A stretch of DNA of 64,000 nucleotides from an uncultured Clostridia bacterium (GTDB lineage: Bacteria > Bacillota > Clostridia > TANB77 > CAG-508), in NCBI GenBank assembly GCA_944386755.1, contig CALXCF010000002.1, positions 8,587 to 72,586 of the forward strand, given 5' to 3'. Of this stretch, positions 9,035 through 19,023 are shown piece by piece. The position numbers and the translations under genes were made by a program. The notes beneath the pieces are model-generated. The model was given only the letters and a program-made list of their open reading frames with translations, did not search any database and was not told where the DNA came from. Within the stretch, counting starts at the first letter, position 1. Each line of letters begins with the position of its first letter.

Positions 9035-9811
9035 CTATATATAATCTTCAATATATATAGCTTTAGCAAGATAAGGAGTAATCTCATCAATATCATACCA
9101 TCCAGAACTCTTACTATCATTCTCTAAACCATTTGGATTAGAAACATAAACCATATTATTGCCATCAGTGGCAAGAAGAACCATATAATGAGAAGCGGTA
9201 GTCCAACGATTATCAGTTGGACTATTCCAAACACAAACAACAACAGGTCTATTTGATTGTAAATGCTCAATAATAGACTTATCTGATAAATGAACAGAGT
9301 CATAATAAAAATCAGAATTTTTTAAACCAAAAGTTGAAGACAATTCATGAGAAAATTTATCATAATCCATTACAGGATAATACATCTCTCTTAAATCTTC
9401 TGGAGTATAATCTTTTCCGTAACCACTTAAGATAATAGACATCACAGTTATACCACAACCATTTTCAGCCATAGTACCACCCCAATATTCCTTATTACTC
9501 CAAGAAGAATTACCATTTTGTTTATATTCAATATATGTCTTTTTATAATTATCTTCCGTTGTAAAGCTAGTAAAATAACCATCCTTATTTTTAACTTTTT
9601 CTTGTCCTATTCCAGAATAATTCTTATTTGTATCTTGTTTTATTACTTTATAGCCACTAGAAAAATTAAAAATATCTAAATTTTGACCAATAGTAGAAAA
9701 TATGAAATTATTAGTTAAAAAATTATAATATAAGTAAGAAATTAGAATTATAAACAATACCAAAACTATAATTCTTTTTTTATTCAATTTTCTTTTATTA
9801 ATTCTTTTCAA
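9035..9811 (-). CDS. C39-like (Peptidase_C39_2 / YvpB-like) papain-fold cysteine peptidase, membrane anchored
   Basis: 258 aa; N-terminal TM; candidate catalytic Cys in ENGCGITVMS and His in TASHYMVLL. Confidence 0.6.
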   Translation of the reverse strand: MKRINKRKLNKKRIIVLVLFIILISYLYYNFLTNNFIFSTIGQNLDIFNFSSGYKVIKQDTNKNYSGIGQEKVKNKDGYFTSFTTEDNYKKTYIEYKQNGNSSWSNKEYWGGTMAENGCGITVMSIILSGYGKDYTPEDLREMYYPVMDYDKFSHELSSTFGLKNSDFYYDSVHLSDKSIIEHLQSNRPVVVCVWNSPTDNRWTTASHYMVLLATDGNNMVYVSNPNGLENDSKSSGWYDIDEITPYLAKAIYIEDYI

Positions 9812-9966
9812 TTCAATTCCCCCTTAACCTGAAACAATTATAACCAAAAGAAATAAAGATAGCTTTAATAAACCATTAATAATTTCTTAAGTTTTTCTTA
9901 CAATCAAAGGAATAAAGCACAAAAACAAAATAATTATGTTATAATCAAAGACAGGGGGAAGATTAA

Positions 9967-10486
9967 ATGAATGTTTTAATATTAGATGATGAAAAAGAAA
10001 TCGCAGATTTAGTAGAAGTATATTTACAAAATGAAAATTACAATGTTTATAAATTTTACACATCAGAAGAAGCAATAAAATGTATAGATACAGTACCTTT
10101 AGATATTGCAATATTAGATGTGATGATACAAGGCAAAAATGGATTTGAAATATGTAGATATATAAGAGAAAAGAAATTAAAATTTCCTGTTATAATGCTA
10201 ACTGCAAAAATAGAAGATAATGATAAAATAAAAGGATTAACTATAATGTCTATTATACGAAAAAGAAATAGACTTAACTCCAATAGAATTTGACATATTG
10301 CTATATCTAGCAAGTAATAGAGGAAAAGTAATAAGTTCAGAAGAATTATTTGAAAAAGTTTGGAAAGAAAAATACTTTGATAGTAATAATACCGTAATGG
10401 TACATATAAGAAGAATAAGAGAAAAACTAAATGAAGATTCAAAAAATCCAAAATTCATAAAAACAGTGTGGGGAGTGGGATATAAA
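9967..10486 (+). pseudogene. vanR: vanR-like OmpR-family response regulator gene, disrupted by an internal deletion of about 165 bp that also shifts frame (junction near 10243-10250)
   Basis: N-terminus MNVLILDDEKEIADLVEVYLQNENYNVYKFY... aligns with VanR up to ...KIKGLTI, then a stop; a different frame carries the VanR C-terminal winged helix (EIDLTPIEFDILLYLASNRGKVISSEELFEKVW...VHIRRIREKL...KTVWGVGYK); the receiver end and linker are missing. Confidence 0.7.
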
Positions 10487-11383
10487 AGGGATATTGTAGT
10501 ATATATCTATATAATAATAGTTTTATCAGTTGTTATATTTAGATTCATTTCAAAATATATAGATGATATAAATCAAGTATATAATTCATTAGACTTAATA
10601 TTAAAAGAAGACAATGAAACTATTAAATTACCTAATGAAGTCAGTGAATTTGCTGAAAAGTTAAATGATATAAAATACAACTATATTGCTAGTAAAAATA
10701 GTGAAAGAGACGCACAACAAAAAAAGAATGATTTAATAATGTATATGGCACATGACTTAAAAACTCCACTTACTTCAATCATTGGATATCTAACATTGCT
10801 TTCAGAAGAAAAAGATATATCAAAAGAATCACAGGAGAAATATATAAAAATTGCTTTAGATAAATCTTTGAGAGTAGAAGAATTAACAAATCAATTCTTT
10901 GATATAACAAGATATGACTTACATTCTATGCCAATTAACAAGAAAGAAATAAATATATCTTATTTATTAGAACAACTAGTTGATGAATGTTATCCCATGT
11001 TAGAAAAGAACGATTTAAAATGCAACCTAGATATACCAGATAAGGTCATGTATTTAGGAGATGGAGATAAATTAGCAAGAGCTTTTGATAACTTACTAAA
11101 AAATGCTATAAATTATAGCTATAAAGGAACTACAATTGAAATAAAACTTGAACAAATAGAAGATAAAATAAAAATAATGTTCAAAAATAAAGGAGATAAA
11201 ATTCCTGAATACAAACTTGATAAAATATTTGAAAAATTTTATAGGGGCGATGATTCAAGAACAAGTTCTACTGGTGGAGCAGGACTTGGGCTTGCTATAA
11301 CAAAAGAGATAATAGAGTTACATGGTGGAACTATAAGTGTAAAAAATGATGATGAATATATAGAGTTTGAGGCCATATTTTAA
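10487..11383 (+). CDS. vanS: VanS-type histidine kinase lacking TM1 and the sensor loop, fused in frame to the vanR 3' remnant (translated ORF 10298-11383)
   Basis: single TM (IVVYIYIIIVLSVVIF = VanS TM2), HisKA KNDLIMYMAHDLKTPLTSIIGYLTLL, FFDITRYDL, N-box GDGDKLARAFDNLLKNAINYS, G-boxes GGAGLGLAITKEIIELHGG; close to VanS-A residues ~80-384; no stop between GVGYK and the kinase. Confidence 0.7.
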   Translation, partial: RDIVVYIYIIIVLSVVIFRFISKYIDDINQVYNSLDLILKEDNETIKLPNEVSEFAEKLNDIKYNYIASKNSERDAQQKKNDLIMYMAHDLKTPLTSIIGYLTLLSEEKDISKESQEKYIKIALDKSLRVEELTNQFFDITRYDLHSMPINKKEINISYLLEQLVDECYPMLEKNDLKCNLDIPDKVMYLGDGDKLARAFDNLLKNAINYSYKGTTIEIKLEQIEDKIKIMFKNKGDKIPEYKLDKIFEKFYRGDDSRTSSTGGAGLGLAITKEIIELHGGTISVKNDDEYIEFEAIF

Positions 11384-11536
11384 TAAAATTATATATTAAG
11401 TTAATAATAAATAATAAGACATATTTAATTAAAAAATCAACTGAAAGATTTTTCAAAAATAGTAAAATCTTTCAGTACAAGTGAAAGATTTTGTTGACAA
11501 AAGAAAAAACTTTCAGTATAATGTTTGTAGAGGTGA

Positions 11537-12733
11537 ATGTTTATGATTTATAGAGAACATTATATAAGACCTGTTCGTGAATTTTATGATTCAGACCTAA
11601 TAAAAATTATAACAGGAATAAGACGTTCAGGAAAATCAGTTATTCTTGAACAAATTAGAAATGAAATAAAACAGAAAACAGACAATGTAATATATTTAAA
11701 TTTTGAAGATAAAAGAATTTTAGCTAATATTTCAAATAGTAATCTTTTGATTGATTATATTGAAAATAATAGAAAAGATGGAAAATGTTATATCTTTTTA
11801 GATGAAGTGCAGATGTTAGATAATTGGCAAGAAGCATGCAAAACATTAAGATTATATAATAATTCAATATTTATTACCGGTTCAAATTCAAAATTACTAT
11901 CAAAAGAATTTACAAAAGAATTAAGTGGTAGATATGTTGCTTTTAGAATAAGACCATTTGTTTATAAAGAAATCCTAGAATACACGAAGGAACTTGGTAA
12001 AGAATGTAGCATTACAGATTACCTAATATGGGGAGGATTTCCAAAAAGATTTGAATTTGATACAGAGGAAGCGAGACTGAGATATTTAAACGATTTAGAT
12101 GATACAATAGTTATTAATGATTTAATAAATAGATATAAGATAAAAAAAGAAAATTTATTTAAAAATTTTGTGAATTATATCTTAAGGTCAAATGGTAGAA
12201 TAGTATCTGCTAAATCAATTCATGATTATATAAAAGGGAAAAATGAAAATTGTTCTATAAATACAATCATTAAATATATAAGTTATTTAGAAGAAGCGTA
12301 TATAATTGAATCAGTTAAACAATATTCAACTAAAACCAAAAGTGAGCTTGCATATTATTCAAAAATATATGATACCGACGTAGCTTTTAATTCAATCAGA
12401 TGTATGGATAATAGATATGATTTAACTCATAATTTAGAAAATATAGTATATAATGAACTTATTTATATGGGTTATAATATAAATGTATTTAATAATAATG
12501 GAAAAGAAATAGATTTCCTTGCTCAAAAAAACAATAAACAATATTATATACAAGTTGCATATAGTGTAGCTGAAGAAAAAACATATAACCGTGAGTTTTC
12601 TGCATTTGCGAATATAAATAATTTATCACAAAAAATCATTATTACTAATGACGATATTGATTATTCAACAAGCACAGTAAGACATATTAAATTAAAAGAT
12701 TTTTTAGTAATGGATTCGTTAGAAAATAATTAA
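11537..12733 (+). CDS. AAA_14 / DUF4143 family ATPase
   Basis: 398 aa; P-loop GIRRSGKS, DEVQ Walker B, C-terminal DUF4143-like region; paralogue of the frameshifted gene at 36508-37810; start may be the ATG at 11543. Confidence 0.7.
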   Translation: MFMIYREHYIRPVREFYDSDLIKIITGIRRSGKSVILEQIRNEIKQKTDNVIYLNFEDKRILANISNSNLLIDYIENNRKDGKCYIFLDEVQMLDNWQEACKTLRLYNNSIFITGSNSKLLSKEFTKELSGRYVAFRIRPFVYKEILEYTKELGKECSITDYLIWGGFPKRFEFDTEEARLRYLNDLDDTIVINDLINRYKIKKENLFKNFVNYILRSNGRIVSAKSIHDYIKGKNENCSINTIIKYISYLEEAYIIESVKQYSTKTKSELAYYSKIYDTDVAFNSIRCMDNRYDLTHNLENIVYNELIYMGYNINVFNNNGKEIDFLAQKNNKQYYIQVAYSVAEEKTYNREFSAFANINNLSQKIIITNDDIDYSTSTVRHIKLKDFLVMDSLENN

Positions 12734-12748
12734 AATAAATATTTATCA

Positions 12749-12776
12749 AAAGGAACTATAAATATAGTTCTTTTTC
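12749..12776 (+). terminator. Rho-independent terminator hairpin (AAAGGAACTATA..TATAGTTCTTTTT)
   Basis: read directly from the sequence, downstream of 11537-12733. Confidence 0.5.
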
Positions 12777-12862
12777 ATATTAATATCACTTTAATTTTGT
12801 ATTAATCTTTTCTTAAAAGCCGCTATTTTAAAATTTATTATGGTATTATAAAAGTATAATAA

Positions 12863-12903
12863 GAGGAGAATATAGCTGAATTATGAAAGCTATTTTTCTC
12901 CTC
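12863..12903. terminator. Hairpin GAGGAGAATATAGCT(loop)AGCTATTTTTCTCCTC, candidate terminator for the convergent Crp/Fnr gene
   Basis: read directly from the sequence; T-rich on both sides. Confidence 0.45.
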
Positions 12904-12920
12904 TTTACTCATTTAACAAT

Positions 12921-13565
12921 CTATTTATATAAAAGTGTTACTTTACGATTATTTACTTCAATCAATTTTTCCTCTTTCAAATGTTTTAACTCTCTAAACA
13001 TAGCAGACCTGTTAATAGCAAGATAATCAGCCAAATCCTTAAAAGAAAAAGACAAAAAAATATTATTATTCAAATGCCCCTTTTTATACTCCATCTCAAA
13101 ATACTCAAGAAGTTTTTCCCTAATTTGTTTCTTCTCTAAAACCTTAATTCTTTCATTTTTCTCTTTCATCTTAATATTTATAATATCAAACAAATTCCTA
13201 AAAAAAATATTAAAATAATTATGATTCAAATTTTGCGGATTAATCAATTTATCATAATCAATAACCAAAACATCAGTATCCTGTTTTGCAATAATTTGAT
13301 AATTTTCGCTATTAGTCAAAGAAACATTAGTACCAAAAACACTATCTTTATAAAGATTATCTATTACAATTTCATTTCCATTATATTCAATATTCAAAAT
13401 TTGAGCATATCCCTCTAAAATAATTCCAACAATATTTTCATTTTTTATAGTAGGCAAAATCTCCTGATTTTTATTGAATTTATAGACGTGAACGCCTAGT
13501 AAATCAAACAATTTATTTATTTGAGATTTTGTCAAACCCTCAAAAGGAGTAGCCATAACCATCAC
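12921..13565 (-). CDS. Crp/Fnr-family transcriptional regulator (cNMP-binding domain + C-terminal HTH)
   Basis: 214 aa; HTH FSFKDLADYLAINRSAMFRELKHLKEEKLI; divergent from nrdDG. Confidence 0.75.
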   Translation of the reverse strand: MMVMATPFEGLTKSQINKLFDLLGVHVYKFNKNQEILPTIKNENIVGIILEGYAQILNIEYNGNEIVIDNLYKDSVFGTNVSLTNSENYQIIAKQDTDVLVIDYDKLINPQNLNHNYFNIFFRNLFDIINIKMKEKNERIKVLEKKQIREKLLEYFEMEYKKGHLNNNIFLSFSFKDLADYLAINRSAMFRELKHLKEEKLIEVNNRKVTLLYK

Positions 13566-13675
13566 CTGAAAAATATTTTAACAAAAAAATAAAAAAGGTG
13601 CAAGTGCAACTTGTATAATTTAAAAATTATATATAATATTTAGACATGAAAAAAATAAAAGGAGGAACAAAAGAG

Positions 13676-15865
13676 ATGAAAATTGTAAAAAGAGATGGAC
13701 ACATTGTAGACTACGACCCAGAAAAGATTAGAATAGCAATAGGAAAAGCAAATGATGAGGTTAAAGGAAAGAAAAAAGTAACTAAAGAACAAATTGAAGA
13801 GATTATTCAATATATAGAAGAATTAAATAAAAAGAGAATATTAGTTGAAGATATCCAAGACATAATTGAAGAAAAATTGATGGAATTTGATAAATATGAA
13901 TTAGCTAAAAAATATATTACATATAGATACACAAGAGAGTTAGTTAGAAAAGCAAATACAACAGACAAATCAATAAAAGAATTAATAGAAGGAGAAAATG
14001 AATACTGGAATAGTGAAAACTCAAATAAGAATGCACAAGTAGTAACAACACAAAGAGATTACTTAGCAGGAATAACAAGTACAGACATTACAAGAAGATT
14101 TTTACTTCCAGAAGAAATAGTTGAAGCACATGATAAAGGAATTATCCACTTCCATGATGCAGACTATTTTGCACAAAATGCTTTACACAATTGTGAATTA
14201 ATTAACTTAGATGACATGTTACAAAATGGAACGGCCATCAATGGAGTAATGATAGAAAAACCACATAGATTCATCACAGCAGCAACAATCGCAACTCAAA
14301 TTATCTTAGCAGTTACATCATCAAGTTATGGAGGAGCAACAGTTTCATTATCACATTTAGCACCATTTGTAAGATTAAGCTATGAAAAATACTATAAGAA
14401 ATATCAAAAAAGAAATTTGAGCAAAGAAGATTGTGAAAAATTTGCAAGAGAAGATACTAGAAAAGAAGTTGAAGATGGAGTACAGACCTTTAATTATCAA
14501 GTAAATTCTATGACAAATACAAATGGACAAGCACCATTCCTATCAGTAAATATGTATTTAGGAGAAACAGAAGAATATAAAGAAGAACTAGCAATGATAA
14601 TTGAAGAGTTTTTAAAACAAAGAATATTAGGATTTAAAAACGAGAAAGGTGTATATATAACACCAGCATTCCCAAAACTTCTATATGTTCTTGAAGAAGA
14701 TAATATACATGAAGACAGTAAATATTGGTATTTGACAAAACTTGCTGCTGAATGTACAGCAAAAAGAATGGTTCCAGACTATATCTCAGAAAAGGTAATG
14801 AAAGAATTAAAGAAAAATGAACTAGGAGATGGAGAATGTTATCCATGTATGGGATGTAGGTCATTCCTTACTCCAGATAGAACCATGAACTTAGGAAATA
14901 TCGCAAAAGCTAAAAACTATGTTGAAGGCAAAGGAAAATATTATGGAAGATTCAACCAAGGAGTTGTTACAATAAACTTACCAGATGTTGCACTTTCTGC
15001 TGATGGCGATATGGATGAATTCTGGAAAATATTTGATGAAAGATTAGAGTTATGCCACAAAGCTCTACAAATCAGACATAAAAGATTAAGTACAGTAACA
15101 AGTGATGTAGCACCTATTTTATGGCAAAATGGAGCTTTAGCAAGATTAGAAAAAGGTGAGTCAATTCATGAATTACTACATCATGGATATTCAACAATTT
15201 CTTTAGGATATGCAGGATTATATGAATGTGTAAAAGTTATGACAGGACATTCTCATACAGATAATGGAGAAGGAAAAGAATTCGGTCTAAAAGTTATGCA
15301 ACACTTAAATGACATGACTAACAAATGGAAGAAAGAAGAAGATATTGATTATTCTGTTTATGGTTCACCAATAGAATCTACAACATATAAATTTGCTAAA
15401 TGCCTAAAAGAAAGATTTGGAACTGTTAAAGGAATAACAGATAGAGGATATGTAACAAATTCATACCATGTACCAGTATTTGAAGAAATAGATGCTTTCT
15501 CTAAATTGAAATTAGAAAGCGAATTCCAAAAATTAAGTCCAGGTGGAGCTATTTCATATATTGAAACACCAAACTTACAAAATAATTTAGATGCAATAAT
15601 AGAAGTTATCAAATTTATCTATGATAATATTATGTATGCAGAGCTTAATACTAAATCAGATTATTGTCAAAAGTGTGGTTACACAGGAGAAATTTTAATT
15701 GATGATAATTTAGAATGGTATTGTCCAAATTGTGGAAATAGAGACCATAACACTTTAAATGTTGCAAGACGTACTTGTGGTTATATTGGAACTAATTTCT
15801 GGAATAAGGGTAGAACTCAAGAAATAAAAGAAAGAGTTTTACATATAGATAATAAGGAGGCATAA
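13676..15865 (+). CDS. nrdD: Anaerobic ribonucleoside-triphosphate reductase (class III RNR) with N-terminal ATP-cone
   Basis: ATP-cone VKRDGHIVDYDPEKI; C-terminal Zn ribbon CxxC..CxxC and glycyl-radical motif RTCGYIG; ATG at 13676 after aaaggagg (the track ORF starts 30 nt upstream). Confidence 0.9.
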   Translation: MKIVKRDGHIVDYDPEKIRIAIGKANDEVKGKKKVTKEQIEEIIQYIEELNKKRILVEDIQDIIEEKLMEFDKYELAKKYITYRYTRELVRKANTTDKSIKELIEGENEYWNSENSNKNAQVVTTQRDYLAGITSTDITRRFLLPEEIVEAHDKGIIHFHDADYFAQNALHNCELINLDDMLQNGTAINGVMIEKPHRFITAATIATQIILAVTSSSYGGATVSLSHLAPFVRLSYEKYYKKYQKRNLSKEDCEKFAREDTRKEVEDGVQTFNYQVNSMTNTNGQAPFLSVNMYLGETEEYKEELAMIIEEFLKQRILGFKNEKGVYITPAFPKLLYVLEEDNIHEDSKYWYLTKLAAECTAKRMVPDYISEKVMKELKKNELGDGECYPCMGCRSFLTPDRTMNLGNIAKAKNYVEGKGKYYGRFNQGVVTINLPDVALSADGDMDEFWKIFDERLELCHKALQIRHKRLSTVTSDVAPILWQNGALARLEKGESIHELLHHGYSTISLGYAGLYECVKVMTGHSHTDNGEGKEFGLKVMQHLNDMTNKWKKEEDIDYSVYGSPIESTTYKFAKCLKERFGTVKGITDRGYVTNSYHVPVFEEIDAFSKLKLESEFQKLSPGGAISYIETPNLQNNLDAIIEVIKFIYDNIMYAELNTKSDYCQKCGYTGEILIDDNLEWYCPNCGNRDHNTLNVARRTCGYIGTNFWNKGRTQEIKERVLHIDNKEA

Positions 15866-15867
15866 TT

Positions 15868-16359
15868 ATGAGATACAATCTAATTAGAAAAATGGATATT
15901 TCAAATGGACCAGGAGTAAGAGTATCTATATTTATGCAAGGATGTCAATTCCATTGTAAAAATTGTTTTAATCCTGAAACTTGGGACTTTGAAGGTGGTA
16001 AAGAATTTACTGATGATACGGTTAATAAAGTATTAGATTTATGTGATAGAGATGAAATAAAAGGGTTATCTATATTAGGTGGTGAGCCTATGAATCCGTT
16101 AAACATAGAAGGTACTACAAAACTTGCAAAAGCTTTTAAAGAAAAATATCCAAATAAAAATCTATGGGTATGGTCAGGATATAATTTTGAAAAAGATTTA
16201 AAAGATAAAGAAGTTTTAAACTATGTTGATGTATTAGTAGATGGAACATATCATGATGAATTACATTCTCCTATTTTAAAATGGAAAGGTTCATCAAATC
16301 AAAGAGTTATAGATATTCCAAAGTCATTAAAAGAACATGAAACTGTTATATTAGAATAA
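15868..16359 (+). CDS. nrdG: Anaerobic RNR activating protein (radical SAM)
   Basis: 163 aa; Cys cluster CQFHCKNC; 3 nt after nrdD. Confidence 0.85.
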   Translation: MRYNLIRKMDISNGPGVRVSIFMQGCQFHCKNCFNPETWDFEGGKEFTDDTVNKVLDLCDRDEIKGLSILGGEPMNPLNIEGTTKLAKAFKEKYPNKNLWVWSGYNFEKDLKDKEVLNYVDVLVDGTYHDELHSPILKWKGSSNQRVIDIPKSLKEHETVILE

Positions 16360-16390
16360 ATCTTAATTTATAAAAGATAACATTTTGACG

Positions 16391-16427
16391 AGCAAGTAGT
16401 TAGTTGATAATTACTTGCTTTTGTGTT
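16391..16427 (+). terminator. Rho-independent terminator (stem AGCAAGTA/TACTTGCT, 13-nt loop, TTTGTGTT tail)
   Basis: read directly from the sequence after nrdG. Confidence 0.55.
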
Positions 16428-16701
16428 AGAGTATATAAGGAACTATATGTTTAGTTTCAGTAGCGGCAATATTATTCATTATAATAAAAAATAAAAAAAT
16501 AGGTATTGCAATTTGGATTAACTTAAGTGAAACATATTATCCAAAGTTTGGATATGTTTCAGCAATACAATATGGAATAAAAGCACCTTTTGAAGTATCT
16601 AATGAAAACTTTATGGCTATAAAACTAAATGACACAGATATAGAAATAAAAGGCACTGTTCAATATGCAAAAGAATTTGGAATATAAATAGGAGGAATAA
16701 A

Positions 16702-17373
16702 ATGCAAAAAATTCTAATAGTCGAAGATGATAAAAAATTAAGACAAGAACTTGAAACATTCTTAAATAAAAATGGATTTCAAGCAAAAGGATTAGAAAAA
16801 TTTGATAATACCATACAAGATATATTAAATGAAAAAGCAGATTTAGTATTGCTAGATATAAATCTGCCATATGCAGATGGAGAATTTGTATGTAAGGAAG
16901 TAAGAAAATTATCAAATGTACCTATTATCATGGTAACAAGCAGGGACAATGAGATAGACGAGCTAATGAGCTTAAATTATGGGGCAGACCAATATGTAAC
17001 AAAACCATACAACATACAAATACTACTTGCTAAAATAACAGGATTATTAAAAAGAAATGAAAACTCAGGAAGAAATCCAGAAAAAATTGATTGTAATGGA
17101 TTTATATTAAATGTAGCAGAAAGAGTAATAGAAAAAGATAACAAAAAGATTGACTTGACAAAAAATGAGTATAGCATTTTATATTATTTAAGCACTCATA
17201 AAGAAAAAGTTGTATCAAGAGATGAAATTATGGATTATTTATGGGAAAGTGAAGAATTTATTGATGATAATACACTAAATGTAAATATAAAAAGGTTAAG
17301 AACAAAGTTAGAAGAATTAGGAGTAAAAGATAAAATAGAAACAAAAAGAGGACAGGGGTATTTATTAAAATGA
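16702..17373 (+). CDS. bceR: OmpR-family response regulator, BceR-like
   Basis: 223 aa; receiver (LLDINLPYADGE, KPY) + winged helix; overlaps the downstream BceS-like kinase by 4 nt. Confidence 0.75.
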   Translation: MQKILIVEDDKKLRQELETFLNKNGFQAKGLEKFDNTIQDILNEKADLVLLDINLPYADGEFVCKEVRKLSNVPIIMVTSRDNEIDELMSLNYGADQYVTKPYNIQILLAKITGLLKRNENSGRNPEKIDCNGFILNVAERVIEKDNKKIDLTKNEYSILYYLSTHKEKVVSRDEIMDYLWESEEFIDDNTLNVNIKRLRTKLEELGVKDKIETKRGQGYLLK

Positions 17374-18386
17374 AATTTAGAGATTTTATAAAAGACAAGA
17401 TATTGCTAATTGTAACCGTAATATTAGCTCTAATCAGTATAGAAATATTATTACTTGCTTATAATATTGGAATAATCGCACAAATATATATTGCCATAAT
17501 AATCATTTTAGTAGTAGGAATTTCAATTTTTGTAGAATATAAAAACAAGCAACATTTTTATAATCAACTAAAAACAAACATGGACGAATTAAATGAAAAA
17601 TATTTAATTTCAGAAATTATCAAGACACCAAACTTTATAGAAGGAAAAATTTTGAAAGAAACAATACAAGATACTGGGAAGTCTATGTTAGAAAACGTAA
17701 ACTACTATAAAAATATTCAAGAAGAATACAAAGAATATATTGAATTATGGATTCATGAAGTAAAAATTCCAATAGCTGCAAGTAAAATGATTATTGAAAA
17801 CAATAAAAATAGTGTAACAAAAAGTATTGATGAAGAATTAGACAAAGTCGAAAATTACATAGAACAAGCACTATTTTATGCAAGAAGCAATGCAGTAGAA
17901 AAAGATTATATTATAAACAAAACTAATTTAAAAGAAATAGTATCAGGTAGCATCCTAAAAAATAAAACTACATTACTTAATGAAAAAGTAGCATTGGAGT
18001 TAAAAGATATAGAGCAAGAAGTATATACAGATAGTAAATGGGCAACATTTATAATCAACCAAATCATACAAAATGCTATTAAATACTCTAAAAAAGAAAA
18101 CAAGAAAATAGAGATATATTCTAAAATAAAAAATGATAAAGTAATTCTATACATAAAAGATAACGGAATTGGTATAAAAAAAGGCGAAATAACAAGAGTA
18201 TTTGAAAGAGGATTTACAGGAGAAAATGGAAGAATTGTTGGACAAAAATCAACTGGCATCGGTTTATATTTATGCAAAAAATTATGTGATAAATTAGGTC
18301 TTGGTATAGAACTAAATTCAGAAAAGAATATAGGAACAGAGGTAAGAATTATTTTCCCTAAAAATAGTTATACAAACTTTTTATAA
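17370..18386 (+). CDS. bceS: Intramembrane-sensing histidine kinase, BceS-like (2 TM, no extracellular domain)
   Basis: 338 aa; two N-terminal TM with a minimal loop; H-box IHEVKIPIAASKMI similar to BceS IHEVKTPLTAMHLI; HATPase NAIKYS...DNGIGI...GIGLYLCKKL. Confidence 0.75.
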   Translation: MKFRDFIKDKILLIVTVILALISIEILLLAYNIGIIAQIYIAIIIILVVGISIFVEYKNKQHFYNQLKTNMDELNEKYLISEIIKTPNFIEGKILKETIQDTGKSMLENVNYYKNIQEEYKEYIELWIHEVKIPIAASKMIIENNKNSVTKSIDEELDKVENYIEQALFYARSNAVEKDYIINKTNLKEIVSGSILKNKTTLLNEKVALELKDIEQEVYTDSKWATFIINQIIQNAIKYSKKENKKIEIYSKIKNDKVILYIKDNGIGIKKGEITRVFERGFTGENGRIVGQKSTGIGLYLCKKLCDKLGLGIELNSEKNIGTEVRIIFPKNSYTNFL

Positions 18387-18416
18387 AAATATCGATACTA
18401 AAGTAGGTGATATTAA

Positions 18417-18923
18417 ATGATTTATACAACACGCTATAAATCTCCAATAGGAGACTTATTACTAGCAAGTAAGGATAACAAACTAATAGGATTATGGATT
18501 GAAGGGCAAAAATATTATAAGTCTAATTTTTCAGAAGAAATGAAAGAAAACGAAAATGATAAAACACTAGTTAAAGCAAAGAAATGGTTAGACAGATATT
18601 TTAACAATGAAAAACCAAGTATACAAGAATTAGAATTAAACCCAATGGGAAGCGAGTTCAGAAAAACAGTTTGGAAAATATTATGCGAGATACCTTATGG
18701 CAAAGTAACCACATACAAAGAAATTGCTGAAGAAATTGCAGAACAAAAAGGAATTGATAAAATGTCAGCACAAGCAGTTGGAGGAGCTGTTGGACACAAT
18801 CCAATTTCAATAATAATTCCATGTCATAGAGTGGTAGGAACAAATGGAGATTTGACTGGATATGCAGGTGGAATAGATAAAAAGAAATATTTATTAGAAC
18901 ATGAAAAAAACAGTGATATGTAA
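18417..18923 (+). CDS. ogt: Methylated-DNA--protein-cysteine methyltransferase
   Basis: 168 aa; active-site motif IPCHRVVG. Confidence 0.85.
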   Translation: MIYTTRYKSPIGDLLLASKDNKLIGLWIEGQKYYKSNFSEEMKENENDKTLVKAKKWLDRYFNNEKPSIQELELNPMGSEFRKTVWKILCEIPYGKVTTYKEIAEEIAEQKGIDKMSAQAVGGAVGHNPISIIIPCHRVVGTNGDLTGYAGGIDKKKYLLEHEKNSDM

Positions 18924-19023
18924 AAATATCAAAAAAGTATTGACTTGGAGTAAACTCTAAGTGATATATAATTATATATAAAATCATATTTTTTAAAATA
19001 TGAAAAGAAAGGAAGGATGGAAA

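Noticed and set aside
13566-13675. Possible NrdR box upstream of nrdD
   Set aside because: AT-rich palindromes are present (ATTATATATAAT), but there are no CAC/GTG flanks matching the NrdR consensus acaCwAtATaTwGtgt. I could not support a call.
16439-16686. 82-codon open frame without ATG upstream of bceR (membrane-like N-terminus, ...GTVQYAKEFGI*)
   Set aside because: There is no start codon or RBS at its 5' end. It is probably a gene remnant, mentioned under the bce finding, or non-coding. The evidence is insufficient to annotate it as a feature.
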